64,000 nt of DNA from Camelus dromedarius. Taxonomy: Eukaryota. The position numbers and the translations under genes are program-made. Shown here one piece after another: positions 50,989-64,000 of this stretch (position 1 is the stretch's first letter; the number at the start of each line of letters is the position of its first letter). The stretch spans positions 39,310,001-39,374,000 of the forward strand of contig NC_087447.1 in NCBI RefSeq assembly GCF_036321535.1, given 5' to 3'. The notes below the pieces were generated by a model, which saw nothing but the letters and a program-made list of their open reading frames with translations, was not told the DNA's origin and searched no databases.

Positions 50989-53127
50989 TCTACAGACAAT
51001 TCTAAGGAGCTTCTTGATAAGGTCAACCTTCCCCTCCTTCCCTACCTGCTGCTCCACCCCCACCACCTGCACGGCTGAGCCTGGGTGGGATGAGAGACTG
51101 CAAACCAATTTAACATGAGCTGGAGAAAAACACCACTGGAAACTGAGGACCCGTGCTCAGATACTTCCCAAACTAAAACAGGAGAGACTTCAGGTCCTTG
51201 GCTGGTTGCGTTACTTATGCCTATGATCCCCTCTGTCAGGCTAATCCAGACTTGACACAAAAGTGTGGGCATGTCTTTCTGGGATGCGTCACGCACATGT
51301 CACTCCACCATTTACACACGGCTGACATTACAACCATTTACAACTTTTAATTACAAGCAGGAACATGCTAGTTTGGGTACTAATTGCCATTGGGATAAGT
51401 GTTCAGGGTTTATGAACAGTTGCATATAATGGAGAAAGTGAAAAGTGGGTCACTGACATGTTTTTCTTCACTTTCCTTCTCTCCTTGGCCCTATCGGGAA
51501 AGTTCCCTACTTTATCTGTACACTTCAGGCCACATCTGGCTCTTGGGAATGAGAAAATCTTAAAACCCAGGGGGTTCTCCTGACAGAGGAATTGAAGTGG
51601 TCTCTTCCCCTCAAGGGGCGACTTTTCCCCTCAAGTTCTCTGTCCAGGATTTAGAAACCCCACTGAGATCCTGCCATCTCCAAGTCTTTGTTAGGAAGCC
51701 AAAGCCCTGCAGGCAGCTTCCCCAGAAGTCGGCGCCTAGGCAACGCCCTGGTTTGAACACGATTTTAATAGCAACTAACTCCCTCCGCTGTGGCACTGCT
51801 GCAAATGGCTCATCGTTTTACAGGCAAGTTTCAACAGTCGTGTAACCAGATGAGAATGTTTTCCCAAACAGTGGCGTTGTGCTAGAAAACAGCTAAGGCA
51901 TGTCAGGGGCAGCTGTGGGGCAGGGAGCACAATGGAAGGCAGGATGCCCTTTCCTGAAGGGAAGGGGGTTGTTTGCAACAATGTACAGATTATTTTTAGT
52001 ACATCTGTCATGTCCAAGGGGGAGTTTGTACCCAGGGACAATGGCTGTCAGTAAAGTGGGTGTAGATTATCGGAGGAGTTACTCCTCAGCTCCAACGCAA
52101 GCTTGGAGGGAGGGGAAAGCCACCATCCTGAAATGCTGCTAGACCCATGCCAGCCTGAAGCAGCAAATTATTCCCTTGTTTTTTGATGTGCCATGACCCC
52201 ATCTACCCTACCCCCTACTACCCACCCAATAGGTCACCAGAAATCCTGCTGCTCCCTTGGGCCCTCTGGTGGTCCATCACTTCAGGATTCTGCTCCATGA
52301 TGGGGGTAGGTGGTGGGAGGGTTCCAGTGGATGTTGTGTCTGAGGCTGGGATGTTCAGTCTCTGCGATGTCAACCTCTAATGCATATGGCGTTATTCAAA
52401 CGTCTGTCATTTGCCTTACAGCCTGTTATAAACTAACTCACCTATTCATTTAAACCCACATTGTCTCTAGTTGGAGGTTTAGCTTAGATTACTTCTCATA
52501 ATATGAAAGGTCAGATGACTTAGATGACTTGTATAAACTGATACTTACAAAAGGGCCACCTTTTCTTGCATTCATTTCCAATGCTCGTTACTGCTCTTTC
52601 AAAATCTGCTTTGTGGCAGATTCTTTAAGCAGATCAGTGTGAATTGTCATCTCTGCGTTACCAAGCAAATAGAAGCTGAGATTCAAAGAGGTAACTGAAT
52701 CTTCTCCAAGTCAGTGGCTTCTATGGAGTAGAACCCAGTCTGACTGACTCTGGAGTCTGAGTTCTTTCCAGTTTTGTTGCTAATTCTGCTTTCCCTGAAC
52801 TTAAGTAATAAGTCCACCGTCCTGACCATGTGCCTTGTGGTTTTGCAGACTTTAACATCTCTGAGTTTTTCCAACAAGAGTTGAGTTTGTCTTAGAATCC
52901 ATGGGAAATTAGTGGCTCTAGGCTGCAACTTCTCTCAGTTGCCCTTCTCTGGAATTTCCAGCTTTGCCAAGTTTTCAACAGCTAGGCCTGAAACCAAGTA
53001 CTCCAAAGGTCAATGTCCTTCTGTTTGGTATAATGATAGGGAGCCATTTCTTGCTTTTAAATTCACAATAATGACCACAAAACTCCAAAATTTTTGAGTT
53101 GGAAAGAAGCTTAGGAATCATCTATCC

Positions 53128-53846
53128 CAGTGGTACTCAAAATTAAGTGTGTCACAGAATCACTGAAAGGGCTTGCGCATTAGTTATGTATTGCTGCATA
53201 ACAAATTACCCCAAACTTAGCAGCTTAAAATAACAAAAATGTATCATCTCACACAGTTTCTGGGGGTCACAAATCCAAGAGTAGCTTAGCAGAGAGGTTC
53301 TGGCTCAAGGTCTCTGATGAGACTGCAGTCAAGGTGTTTGCTGGGCTGCAGACATCTGAAGGCTTGATTGGAACTGGATGATCTGCTTCTAAAAGGGCTT
53401 ACTCACATGGCTAGATGTCAGGTCTCTTTTCTTCACCAAGTGGACCTCTCCATAAAGCTGCCTAAATGTCCTAAACACCTGGCATCTGGCTTTCCTAGTG
53501 ATCCAGTGAAAGATCAAGAGAATAAACAAGAATGGAAGTCACGGTGTATTTTGTAATATAATCTTGGAGGAGACACATCATCACTTCTGATGTATTTTAG
53601 TCATCAGATAGACCAACTCCTGTTCACGGTGGGGCAGGGCTACACAAGGGTGTGAATTCCAGGAAGTGAGGCTCCCTGGGGACCATCTTGGAGCCTGGAT
53701 ATCACAGCTTGTTGGAACACAGATTTCTGGGCCCCATCCTTAGAGTTTCTGATTCAGTAGGTTTGGAGTGGGACCCAAGACTTTTCTAACAAGTTCCAGG
53801 GGATGCCGCGGATACTCATCTAGGACACATACCTTGAGAATCACTG
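53128..53846 (+). mobile_element. MER5A-like MITE split by an LTR (53128-53175 and 53707-53846)
   Basis: TIRs cagtggtactcaa and ttgagaatcactg; 8-bp TSD atctatcc/atctattc. Confidence 0.85.
53176..53706 (-). mobile_element. MaLR solo LTR (MLT1F-like)
   Basis: tattgctgcataacaaattaccccaaacttagcagcttaaa; 5-bp TSD gcttg at 53171-75 and 53707-11. Confidence 0.9.
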
Positions 53847-53919
53847 ATCTATTCTGATTTTGTAGATGATGAAATTGAGTCTCACAAAGATACAGAAAAA
53901 TGAGGAGCAGAGAACTATA

Positions 53920-54125
53920 ACAACAATGAATTTCTGAATACCTACTATCTGCCAGGCACTCAGCAGGAGCCTTAATATACATTTTCTTGTTTAATACAAC
54001 AAACCCTGTGCATGACTCACCATTTCATGAATGAGGAAACTGAAACTAAGGTTAAGTAACTTGCCCAAATTCACGTATATAGTAACTGACAGGGATGGGT
54101 CTGGCACCCCGATGTCCCGAATCTC
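53920..54125 (-). mobile_element. MIR SINE
   Basis: atgaggaaactgaaactaaggttaagtaacttgcccaa. Confidence 0.8.
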
Positions 54126-54449
54126 AAGTTGAAGACAAAGTGTTTTGTGTAACAAAATAGCTCCAAATCTACTCTTCTAAGTGGAATTGTTTTCCCTGAA
54201 AATGCATTAGCTGCATTATTATAGCCCTGTCACAAAGGACTAGGAAATCACCCTGTAAATTGTACCCACTGAATTTGCAGCTTATAGGCTAAAAATTAAC
54301 TTTAGTTTCATTTGAAGATATAGTTCTAGGTCTTGTAGAACATTTCTAGGAAACACTGGTTCCTTCCAGCAGGGATCCCCAGGGGATGCTGACAATTATA
54401 CCAATTACCCACAGAATACAACTGCAGTCTATTCAAGTGCTGAACTTGC

Positions 54450-54645
54450 TTGTTGAAGTCACAGTTCCATCATAACCTTGGACCAGTCTCTTAAAAAACC
54501 TTGTGCTTTTGGTTCACCATTTGTAAAATGGAAATAATAATAACTGCTTACTTGCCCACCTAGAGTTATTGTGAGTAATGAAATTATATATGCAAAGTCT
54601 TTTGCAAATTGCTAAGCACCTTGTACATAGAAGATCCTATTACTT
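54450..54645 (+). mobile_element. MIR SINE
   Basis: ataaccttggaccagtc...catttgtaaaatggaaataataataact. Confidence 0.7.
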
Positions 54646-54707
54646 TATCACATTTGTCTATCCAGGATCTGCTTATTTCTGTTCTTTGGTTTTTATCTCC
54701 TATTCTT

Positions 54708-54864
54708 TTTTTGTAATTGAAGTATAGTCAGTTACAATGTGTCAATTTCTGGTGTACAGCACAATGTCCCAGTTATGCATATACATACATATATTCATTT
54801 TCATATTCTTTTTCATTAAAGGTTATTACAAGATATTGAATATAGTTCCTGGTGCTGTGCAGAG
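54708..54864 (-). mobile_element. Short artiodactyl-type L1 3' end with TSD
   Basis: TSD tatc(t/a)cctattctt at 54694-54707 and 54865-54878. Confidence 0.9.
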
Positions 54865-55669
54865 TATCACCTATTCTTAAGAACAGGATGCTGGATTTTA
54901 TTGAAAGCCCTATAGGCACAAATTGAAATGATTATTTGATTTTTCTTATGTAACAGTTATTTCTCCTGGGAGAATGAGCTGTAGAGCAAGAATTTGTTTT
55001 TAAATTAAAAAAAGGAAAAAACAAACTCTTACTATATGGAGAGCCCTGTGCTAGATGCTCAACTTATTTACTCTTCATAACAAGTCTGTAAGGGTGTTAT
55101 CAATATCTCTGTTTTAGATGCAGACATTGAGGACAAAAGACGTAAGGTCATTGCTGTAATAGAGCGCTAGGATTGGACTCCGTTAAATTACTCAACACAG
55201 GGCTTGGCTCATAGAAAATGTTCAACGAATGGAGACATCTCAATATTGCACTGATGCATCTGTTGGTGACAGTCAGGGCCACACTCTCACCATATTGGAT
55301 GAGAATATGGCTTGCTGGAATTAGGTAACTGGAAAGCAGCCATTCAAGGAAAGGAAGCCATTCTTCTTAGCATGGAGCATGGTAGACTTGTTCTGGTAGA
55401 GGGTCAGATTTCTATTATCTGTTATTGCTGACTTTTTCCTTCATTATGGATGATATTAGATGCAGAATTTCCCAATGCTGACTACTCGGTAATATTTTAC
55501 AGCATTCAGCAAGTGCAGTTGTCACTAGGAGGCAGCATGGGTTAACTAAGAACCAAAGTGCTTTAGAGGCAGGATTATTAGATGATAAGAAAAATTAGAA
55601 AAATGCCATAAATGTAATATATCTTGATTTCCACAAAAATATTTTGAGCCAGATGGAGAAAAGGGAGCT

Positions 55670-56350
55670 GAAAACAGCTGGCTGAAAATTATCCCCAAGA
55701 AAATGCTGATCCCAAAACGTTCTACAAGGTTCCATCCTTGATCCTGCTCTATGCAACTGTTTTATTAGTGCCTTTGTCAAAAGTTGATGACCTGATGATA
55801 AAATTTATCCCTAGGAGGGATAGAGAGTATGTTGTATGATGGAATAAAGGTTTAAAATGAACATTAGGCAAACTAAGTTAAAACTTAACAAATATTAACA
55901 TAAGTCCTCTACATAGATTCCATAAAAGCAATGTCATAAAGACAAAATGGAGAACTGGTTTGTCTGTAGCTCTTATAATAATGACATAGGCACTTAAGTT
56001 AATCATAACTATAGTCGAAGTTCATTTTAGTTAGTTTAGAGGATAGGTAGATAAGGGCTCAAGACAATACATATTATCACATGGCTCCCATAAGTAGTCC
56101 TGGGCTACACTGAAGGATGAGCAGGAGAAACGTAGCTGCGGATTCTCAGCACAGCTCTATGATATCTGGAGGTCTTGGCTGCATTTCCAGAGGGATACTG
56201 ACATATATCATACTATACGGAAGACGGAAGTTAAAAGTACTAGAGGCATGGACACTGAACACGGCCAAAGGACCTGGGACTGTTCAGTCTGGAGAAGAGA
56301 AGAGTTGGAGGGAGGGCATGGCATTTATGTTCAAATGGCTTCTGGAAGGG
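55670..56350 (+). mobile_element. L3/CR1 LINE fragment
   Basis: Decayed RT motif LQGSILDPALCNCFISA (cf. PQGSxLGPxLFNxFI) and CR1 3' sequence ctgggactgttcagtctggagaagagaaga. Confidence 0.7.
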
Positions 56351-56464
56351 TTAGTGCCAATTATGATACACATACATCAAGCGTGTAGGTCATTATGGCC
56401 TGCACTATTGCGTTCATTGCTGAATCTACTTAATTTTCTCGATCTTGTCTTTTTTTTGGTATCC

Positions 56465-56875
56465 TTTTTTAATTAGAAACTTGTATTGAGATATAACATG
56501 CCTGCAGTGAAGTGCACACCTATTATGTGTACAGCTTGATGGAATTTTATGTATGTATGTACCTGTGAAAACCTCACCCAGATCAAATCTCAAAACAGGC
56601 TCCCTTGTGCCCCAGAAGTAACTACTATCCTGACTTCTATGACTATAAGTTAGTTTCATCTGCAAATCATATATCTGCAAATCATATGTACTGTTTTTTC
56701 CTAGGCTTTTGTGATCTACATTATTCTGAGAACTTCATCCACATTTTGGGGGGAAGTGGTAGCTCATGATTTTTCATTGCTGCATAGTATTCTGTTGAAT
56801 AAATACACTATGATTTATTTATTCAGTCCCCTGTTGATTTCCATTTGGATTATTTACAATTTTGGGCTATTTTGA
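56465..56875 (-). mobile_element. Old L1 (L1MC/ME-type) 3' end
   Basis: tattgagatataacatgc...aagtgcac...gtgtacagcttgatg...aactactatcctgacttctat. Confidence 0.8.
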
Positions 56876-57249
56876 GCTCTTTTAAGCTATACTAACTTGT
56901 GTTCTTATAAATATTTATAGCTTTAAGTAATTTTTCATTAATAGTTTTACTTAATGTGCTGATTAGATCTATTCCATGTTGCTCCACAGGCTGAACCCAG
57001 CACTTAGTGTACTTCCTGACACATAGTAGGTGCTCAACAAATGTCTGATGAGTTTTATGGATTGTTGGTTAATTGCTTATAACTAATGAGTAGAAGATAC
57101 AGAGATACACATTTTAGCCCCTTTAAGGAGGAATGCTCTTAATATTAGCCCCATTGAACACTGGAAAGTGATGAATTGTAAAACAGTTTGTTGCTCTTTT
57201 CTTAAAGGTGTGAAAACAGAAAATATGATCCTCCAACAGGGAACTTGGA

Positions 57250-57629
57250 GGAGTGGACACTGGGGGACTCTGCCCAGATCTCCCTGGACCCCCTTTGCCA
57301 TTTCTTGTACCTTGTTCCCAGCTTCTGTGTTCTTTTGATTCTAAGGGCCGGTGATGCAGTCCTTTGGAGCCCAGCTCCCCTGCCTTGCATTCTGATAAAC
57401 TCTGAGGTATAATTTATCTTCCAAGTCTCCCTGGTGGTGTCAGGCTGAGACTGTGACTTGGTCCAAGTCTCGCCCTGGGCTGGCCTCTTTCCTTTCACTT
57501 CCCTGCTTCTCCCATTCTCTTACTTTTTTTCTTTCTTTTTTTTTTTTTTCTGAAAGTGTTTTCTTATTATACCAGTTGGACATGCATCCTTATCCCAGGA
57601 TCTGTTTGTAAAGAATCTGACCTAAGACA
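57250..57629 (+). mobile_element. ERVL solo LTR (LTR16-like)
   Basis: ccctgccttgcattctgataaactctgagg, with terminus ...aatctgacctaagaca. Confidence 0.65.
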
Positions 57630-58269
57630 TTTAGTAAAGAATGAGTTGATCTGATCAATTCTGACAAATGATAATTCAGGCCAAATAGCATGGAAACAGA
57701 CTGATGGAGCAAATCTACTGTAGCTGTCCTTTGGAAACCTAGACATAGTCCTGAGTGTCTGAAGTCAGGGTTCACTGTTAGAACCTGGAAGAGTTGAGTC
57801 CCTAGGCAATGCTGGAACCTCTGAGGTGGAGCAGCCTGTGGAGAAGGATAAGAAGCTGGAGGAAGATAGGCTAAGAAAATAGCAATGCAGAGGCTGACCC
57901 AGAAGAGGAGATAACAGGCTAAATCACAGGTGAGCGACACAGACTCCACCATTTATCTCCCAGGGAAATACTCAGAGACCATTGCATATAGTATCAAGGT
58001 TCACTGAGTTTAGATGAGGATCCCGGCTAGAGGCTGGTTGCCATTATCCAAGGCAAAAGATCTGCCCATGCTGGCTAGACATGAAAGTGGGGACCAGGGG
58101 AATCTTGTGACTTCAAGGACAGAGACATGCCTAGTTCTCAACAGAGGTACTCACGCTGGACTGGTCAGCAAAACAGACTGCAAACTTCTCATGTAAGTGG
58201 AGCGGAGATTTCTAACAGACTCTATGCTCTGGTTAGAGCGGGATACAGGAAGAAAACAGGCAGGGAAAT

Positions 58270-58445
58270 ATCTGTTAGGACTAAAATGTGCCCGGCACAT
58301 AGTAGGTGCTTTTTACACTTTATCTTTAACCTGCACAGCAACTCTATGAAGAAAGTGTTATTAACCTCATTTTTCAAATTTTGAGAACGAGGCTCAGTGA
58401 GGTTAAATCAAGTGCCCTAGGTCACTGGTTAGGGCAGAATTCACA
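58270..58445 (-). mobile_element. MIR SINE
   Basis: acagcaactctatgaag...gaggctcagtgaggttaaatcaagtgccctaggtcac. Confidence 0.75.
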
Positions 58446-59244
58446 CACATCAAACAATAGCTAATTGAACAATGCCCTCTGTGGTCTGTGCCAGGGAGTG
58501 GTGCAAATGATAATTGCCACAGGGGTGTAAACAGAAAAGGCAGAGGTGCCAAACCAGCTTTGTAATAAATGAAAAAATATCAATCATCCTCATGGGTTGC
58601 CCCTTAATGCCAGCTTGTTGGGAAACAGAGCATTCCTTCTCTCAAAGTACTTTTCTAGACCTATGTATTCCAGAAACTTTCCTTGATTATTCATACAAAC
58701 GCCTCACTTGGCTTGGAGCAGGGGAGGAGGAAGCAAATTGCTTTAGTCCTTTTATCTGTGTTAACTTGTGTAACCCTCTCAATACCAGTGAGGAAGGTAT
58801 TAATCATTTTATTTAAGAGATGGGACTATTGAAGGTCAGAGAACTTGAACTTTCCTCAAATCTCACAACCTATCAAAATCCTGTTTTCGGTGACCTCTAG
58901 TCTATGTGGGTCTTACTCTGTATCATTCATAGACAGCCTCTCTCCCTGTGAAATTCTTGAAATTATTATGGAATTTATCTACATATGGCTGGTTGGTCGT
59001 GTGGCCCCTATAACTGCTTTTCTGCTAATTGAGGGATTTATTCCTTGTTCTGGATTTGTGAATAACTGATCCTTGCTGTTAGGTTTCCTACTCAGGCCAT
59101 AGCACAGTAGCTCTTCGGTAAGCATTAGGGCTCTTGGTCCCAACCAAAAAAGAAAACTTTGATTGAGGAGTCTGAATGGAGGATATCCAGACAGATGGAT
59201 TATGCTTATGAAATACAGATCTTTTCAAAGCCCCCTCTTGTGAG

Positions 59245-59732
59245 TGTGTATTATTCTGCTCACCCAGCACCCCTCCCATCTCAGAAAAGCCCTCATTCAT
59301 TTGACTCCCTCCCTCCAGCATGGTTTTAGGGGAAACAGACATCCTTCCCCTTGGCCACAGAAGCTGGTCCAGGGAACTGGCACATGATCCAAATCAGAAT
59401 TGTTTCCTGGGATTTTTTTTGAACTGGAACTCAGTAGAGATTTTCTCAGAGGGTGATGAAGGGAAGATATAAGCCTGCAACTTTCAGGAGAATGGGTCCA
59501 TCTTTAGAGAGAGTCAGTTTGCAAAGATGAGATTGCCATGGAGAGAGAAGCAGAGATCAGAAAGACAGAGAGAAAGCACAGGAGAGAGAGAGTGCTACAC
59601 AGTCCCTGTCCTGGTTCTCTAATTCCAGAGCCCAGGTGACCCCAGGGTTAAGTGACCCAAAAAATAGCCCCTTGTTGCCCAAGCTAGTCTCAATAGTGTT
59701 TCTGTCACTTGCAACCAAGTATGGTCTAATAC
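59245..59732 (+). mobile_element. MaLR solo LTR (MLT1J/K-like)
   Basis: ccccttggccacag...; terminus tttctgtcacttgcaaccaag...ctaataca. Confidence 0.75.
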
Positions 59733-61795
59733 AATCCATCTTTTTTTTTCCTATTGCTTACTCTCAGCCTAAGGTCAAGACAGTACATGACTCTGAAATA
59801 AGCAATTTTGATTTCAATAATGCCTGTGGGATTTGTGCAAAACTAACAGACTTGACGGCTGCATCTTTTAAGGTTAGAATGTATCCTGGTCTGCTCAAGG
59901 CAGCTGTGGTTAATGTCTGCTGCCCTGAAGTAATTATTACAAGTGCCCCCTTTCAGTATTGTAAGTGCCTGACATGGCTGATAAGCCCTATTTTACCTTA
60001 TTTAAGGCTCATCTCAGTCATCCCCTTTTAAAGCCTTTTCTGATCCCCCTAACCTTGAGCCATCCTGCTATGAGTGGGAGCCCCTGTGAGACAAAGACAG
60101 AGCACACCTCACCCACTGGTGTAGCCAAGTGGAGTATTCCACAACACCTTGCATACTGTCCAAACTCATCCAGTGGTGGCTGCATTGAATATGTATGCTT
60201 TAAAATAATTTTTAAACAGGCTTACCTAAAAGAAATCAATTTGATTGATGTATATTAGTCATGACCCAGATTTTTAGTCCTTCAAGTTTAAAGGAAACCT
60301 AGTCTCATTTGTGAGACATTATTACTATGGAAACTTTGAATATGTGTTTTCATTTAATTCTCTAAGGTTAAGTCTTACCTCCATTTTTACAGATTAGGGA
60401 ACTGACAAAATAGGTGAAGTATGTGCCCCCAAACCCAAGCTTCCCCTGACAATACAGGAGCCTGCACTGTATCATGGGTTCACTCCTTGGAGTGCTGTTC
60501 TGCCCTGCAGAGGCTGAAAGCTAACCACGACACCTCCCACACTCCTTTATAGCAAAGGGTCTGGGTGTGATTCAAGCCCCCTCTATCTGATGCTGTGTTA
60601 AACTGGTTGGGAAATGGAATTAATTCCATGGGGTGAGAGGTGGGCACAAAGCATTAATTTCACTGGTGCAGGTCATGATGGAAGCAGGACAGTTCTGGAG
60701 CACAGGTGCAGTTTCACACTTGAGCGGAAATGACTTCCTGATCGTGGTGAGAGCAACAGGCCCCTTAAGACCTCCATCTACAGTGTGGCTTTTGGGCGTC
60801 ACTTTAGGAAGCTTGACTTGGAGTCTGTATCTTCAGCTCTGCCACAGAGTCTGTGAAGTTAATTCCCTGACTGCCAGGTATAAGGGGAGTTCCTCTTTCT
60901 GTAAGCGAACACTGACCACTGCACATATCTGGGGGCATCACAGATCACAGTTAAGATTCAGGGGAGCAAGATGGGTTGGCTTCACTTCTCTCTCTGTATG
61001 CTTTGATTCTCGTCTTTGTGATGGTAGTGAAGACAGAGTCTGATGACCCTCATCAAGGCTTACAGCCCCTTATTTAGAATCAGGGAGTTCAATCAGTGTC
61101 TGCTCACTTCCTACCACTATCCGCCTGGAAGGATCATGAACACTCCCCAGTCTCACTCAGACGGAGTTATATGGAGGAAGAACCAGCTTAATCATGACCC
61201 CACTGATGAATTAAAGTCGTGTGAAGCTTTCCTCATCTTGATATATATGTTAGCGTAGAACTTTTTTTTTTCTCATTTATATAGGGGCCAAACGAAGGCT
61301 TGTCTTTTATTTATTTCCTTGAAATGATTCTTATACGATTATTTTTCTTAGCATAATCACAGCATAGTTCCATATTCTCACAACAGAGCATTTTCTTTTT
61401 CTTTTGAGGTAAGGTGACTTGGAATCATAGAGAAATATTAATCACTTGGTGTGGTTTTCTTGATGAAAGGAATTGCAAATGACTATTTGAAAAACTCAAG
61501 GAAGGTTCATTCTTGGATTAATATCAGATAAAACTTCTATAATTCATCTTACAGGGAAATTGGTTATTCTTTAAAAGTTCAAACACAGTAAAATAAGGAA
61601 AATGAGAATAATCATGCCATAAGCCTCAATTAGCAAAATGTCTCAGAGAATGGGCTGTCTTGCCATTAGGGTAAGAAGGAATTTTCTTACTAATTTCTTT
61701 GTAGCATAGTTTTGGCAGCCTTAAGAAAGACCCACACATTAAAAAAAAATTCCACTCCTCTGGCTAACAAATTGCTTTGAATTTCTTAAGGAAGG

Positions 61796-62580
61796 TGTAA
61801 TGGTTAATTTTATGTACCTTGACTGGGCCATGGGGTACCCAGATGTTTGGTCAAACATTATTCAGGGTGTTTCTGTGAGAGTGTTTCTTTTTTCTTAAAT
61901 GAAGTATAGTTGACTTACAGTGTTGTGTCAGTTTCTGGTGTGTAGCATAGTGATTCAGTTATATATATATATACATATATCCTTTTTCATATTCTTTTTT
62001 ATTATAGCTTTTTACAAGCTACTGAATATATCTCCCTATGCTATACAATAGAACCTTGTTGTTTATCTGTTTTATATACAGTAGTTTGTAACTACTAATA
62101 CCAGACTCCTAATTTATCCCTCCACTCTCCTTGTGAGAGTGTTTTTGGATGAAGTAACATCTGAATTGATAGACTGAGTAAAGCAAATTGCCTTCCCTAA
62201 TGTGGGTGGGCCTTACCCAATCAGTTAAAGGCTTAAATAGAACAAAAATCTGAACTTCCCCCAAGTAAGAGGGAATTCTTCCTATCTTACCGCCTTCAAG
62301 ATGAAGCACTGGTTTTTTTTCCCTGCCTTCAACCTGAAACATCGGCTCTTTCTGGGTCTCAAGCCTGCCAGCCTCTGGACTGGAACTACACAATCCACTC
62401 TGGGGTCTTCAGCTTCACAACTCACCTTACAGATCTTGGGCCTTCACAGATGCTGTAATTACATGAGCCAATTCCTTATGATGTACAAACACGCGCACGC
62501 ACGCACACACACACACACACACACGACATAGATATTTTATCATATTGGTTCTGTTTCTCTGGAGAACCCTGACTAACGCA
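61796..62580 (+). mobile_element. ERVL solo LTR (MLT2B-like), complete, split by an L1
   Basis: tgtaatggttaattttatg...ctggagaaccctgactaacgca; perfect 5-bp TSD gaagg at 61791-95 and 62581-85. Confidence 0.92.
61887..62131 (-). mobile_element. Artiodactyl-type L1 3' end with TSD
   Basis: TSD tgtgagagtgttt at 61874-61886 and 62132-62144. Confidence 0.92.
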
Positions 62581-63329
62581 GAAGGGACAAAAAGTACCCA
62601 CATATCCCCCAGGGGAAGCAGGACTCTTACATACATCTGCACACTCAGGAGCGAGTGACTGGTCTCCCTGTCTCTCCAGCGCACATCTGTAAGGAGAGGA
62701 TGAAGGAAGAACCAACCATTTGACCCAAAAGGGCACAGAAAACATCTATGAAGGGGATACTTGACACAACACTAGAAGCTTCACTTGGTCATACAACATA
62801 TCTAAGGTTTTTCAGCAGAAACTGAGCAAATGGCAGAGAGGTAAAGAGAACATTTCCATTTAGGGGACATGGACTAGGCAGACTGGTTAAGAGATGGCCA
62901 CAGCACCCCAGTGACAGCTCAGCTGGAAGGGTTTCACCCCATTACTAATCAAGCTGGATTTTAAAAAGTGTCCATCACTTCCTGGGCACAAACGAAGTAT
63001 GGGTTTTATGAGTCAGAAGTCCAAATAAGCAGGCCTGGATGTTAGGTGGGTTTCTCTGGCCTGCCTGGCCCCTGTCTCTTTGGCAGAATTGCAGCCCACT
63101 CTGAGCTGTAGAAAACGTGACTGCCCACATCCTCTCTGCTCAGATGTCTGAATCTTGATTTCAGATTTCAGTTGTCAGCCTCGAGACCATAAGTGTCAGG
63201 AGGGGTGGAGACTGGGAACCTGGCATCACAAGAAGGACAAACAAACAGTAAAACAAGGGAAATTCCAGACTTTCTGAGGCAAAGAGGAGCAAGTAGGGAC
63301 AGAGTTGGGGTGAACCTTGGGGATGAGGC

Positions 63330-63475
63330 TGAACAGTTCCTCAGGCATCTTCTGGTTGAAACCTCCCAGTTTTCAAGTGGTGACACTACGCCCAGAGAAG
63401 GGAAGGGGCTTGCCCATGTCACACAAGATGTTCTAGGAACAGAACTCTGGACTCTGTCTCCAAGACCCAATAACG
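63330..63475 (-). mobile_element. MIR-type SINE fragment
   Basis: cccagagaagggaaggggcttgcccatgtcacacaag. Confidence 0.65.
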
Positions 63476-64000
63476 TTTATGTTTTATCATAATACTTCTT
63501 AAAGGAAAACCAAACCCTACCCTTCTACCCAATAAGACAGGAGACCTGAGGGTCAGGGTCCAGGCCAGAGCAGCTCTGGAAGGCAGGGTGGTGTAGTCCA
63601 GGTCTAGAGCAGAAGCTGTACAGGTGCTGCCCATCCCTACACCTCTCACTCCCATCCACACGTCGGAGCAGGAAGGGGGCCCGCAGGTGACCTGCTCAGA
63701 ACAGTGGAGAGAAAGGGCCCCAGGTGACCAAACACCCATGTTCCAGATCTGTCCCTGTGAGTCCCCACAAATCACTCTCCCTCTTTGTGTTTCAGTTTCC
63801 CGATCTGTACATTACATTGGTCTGACTTCATGCTCTTTGTTTTTACTGGTATTTGGACATCCTACAGGTCAAAAAACTGTGTCCCTATTTGAGGCAGAGA
63901 CAGACATCCTAGGTTTGTTCCAGAGGCAGAACTATTCTGTGCTACAGTCACCAAGATATAGATTGTCTGGCATCAAAGGCCACAAAAAGGCAGATTTCTA

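Noticed and set aside
1..64000. A novel multi-gene or prokaryote-style system
   Set aside because: The sequence is repeat-rich mammalian non-coding DNA with no credible genes, operons or arrays.

Overview
Mammalian non-coding genomic DNA (intergenic or deep intronic). It is probably camelid, inferred from three tRNA-Ala-derived SINEs and artiodactyl-type L1 3' ends. I find no supportable protein-coding exon, RNA gene or CRISPR array, and the supplied ORFs look like chance ORFs or transposon fossils. A large part of the window is recognisable interspersed repeat: MIR, L2, L3/CR1, old and young L1, MaLR/ERVL solo LTRs, and hAT-Charlie and Tigger DNA transposons, often nested with intact target-site duplications (TSDs). 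I found no new biological system. The most notable signals are a short retrocopy of an unidentified mRNA 3' UTR (polyA signal, polyA tail, TSD), an exact 24-bp templated insertion copied from 1.43 kb upstream, a twin-primed 5'-inverted L1, an orphan A-tail insertion, a Charlie-type transposase fossil, an L1 orientation bias, and a few candidate cis-regulatory blocks. Repeat family names come from my recall of consensus sequences, not from a search. Boundaries without TSDs are approximate.
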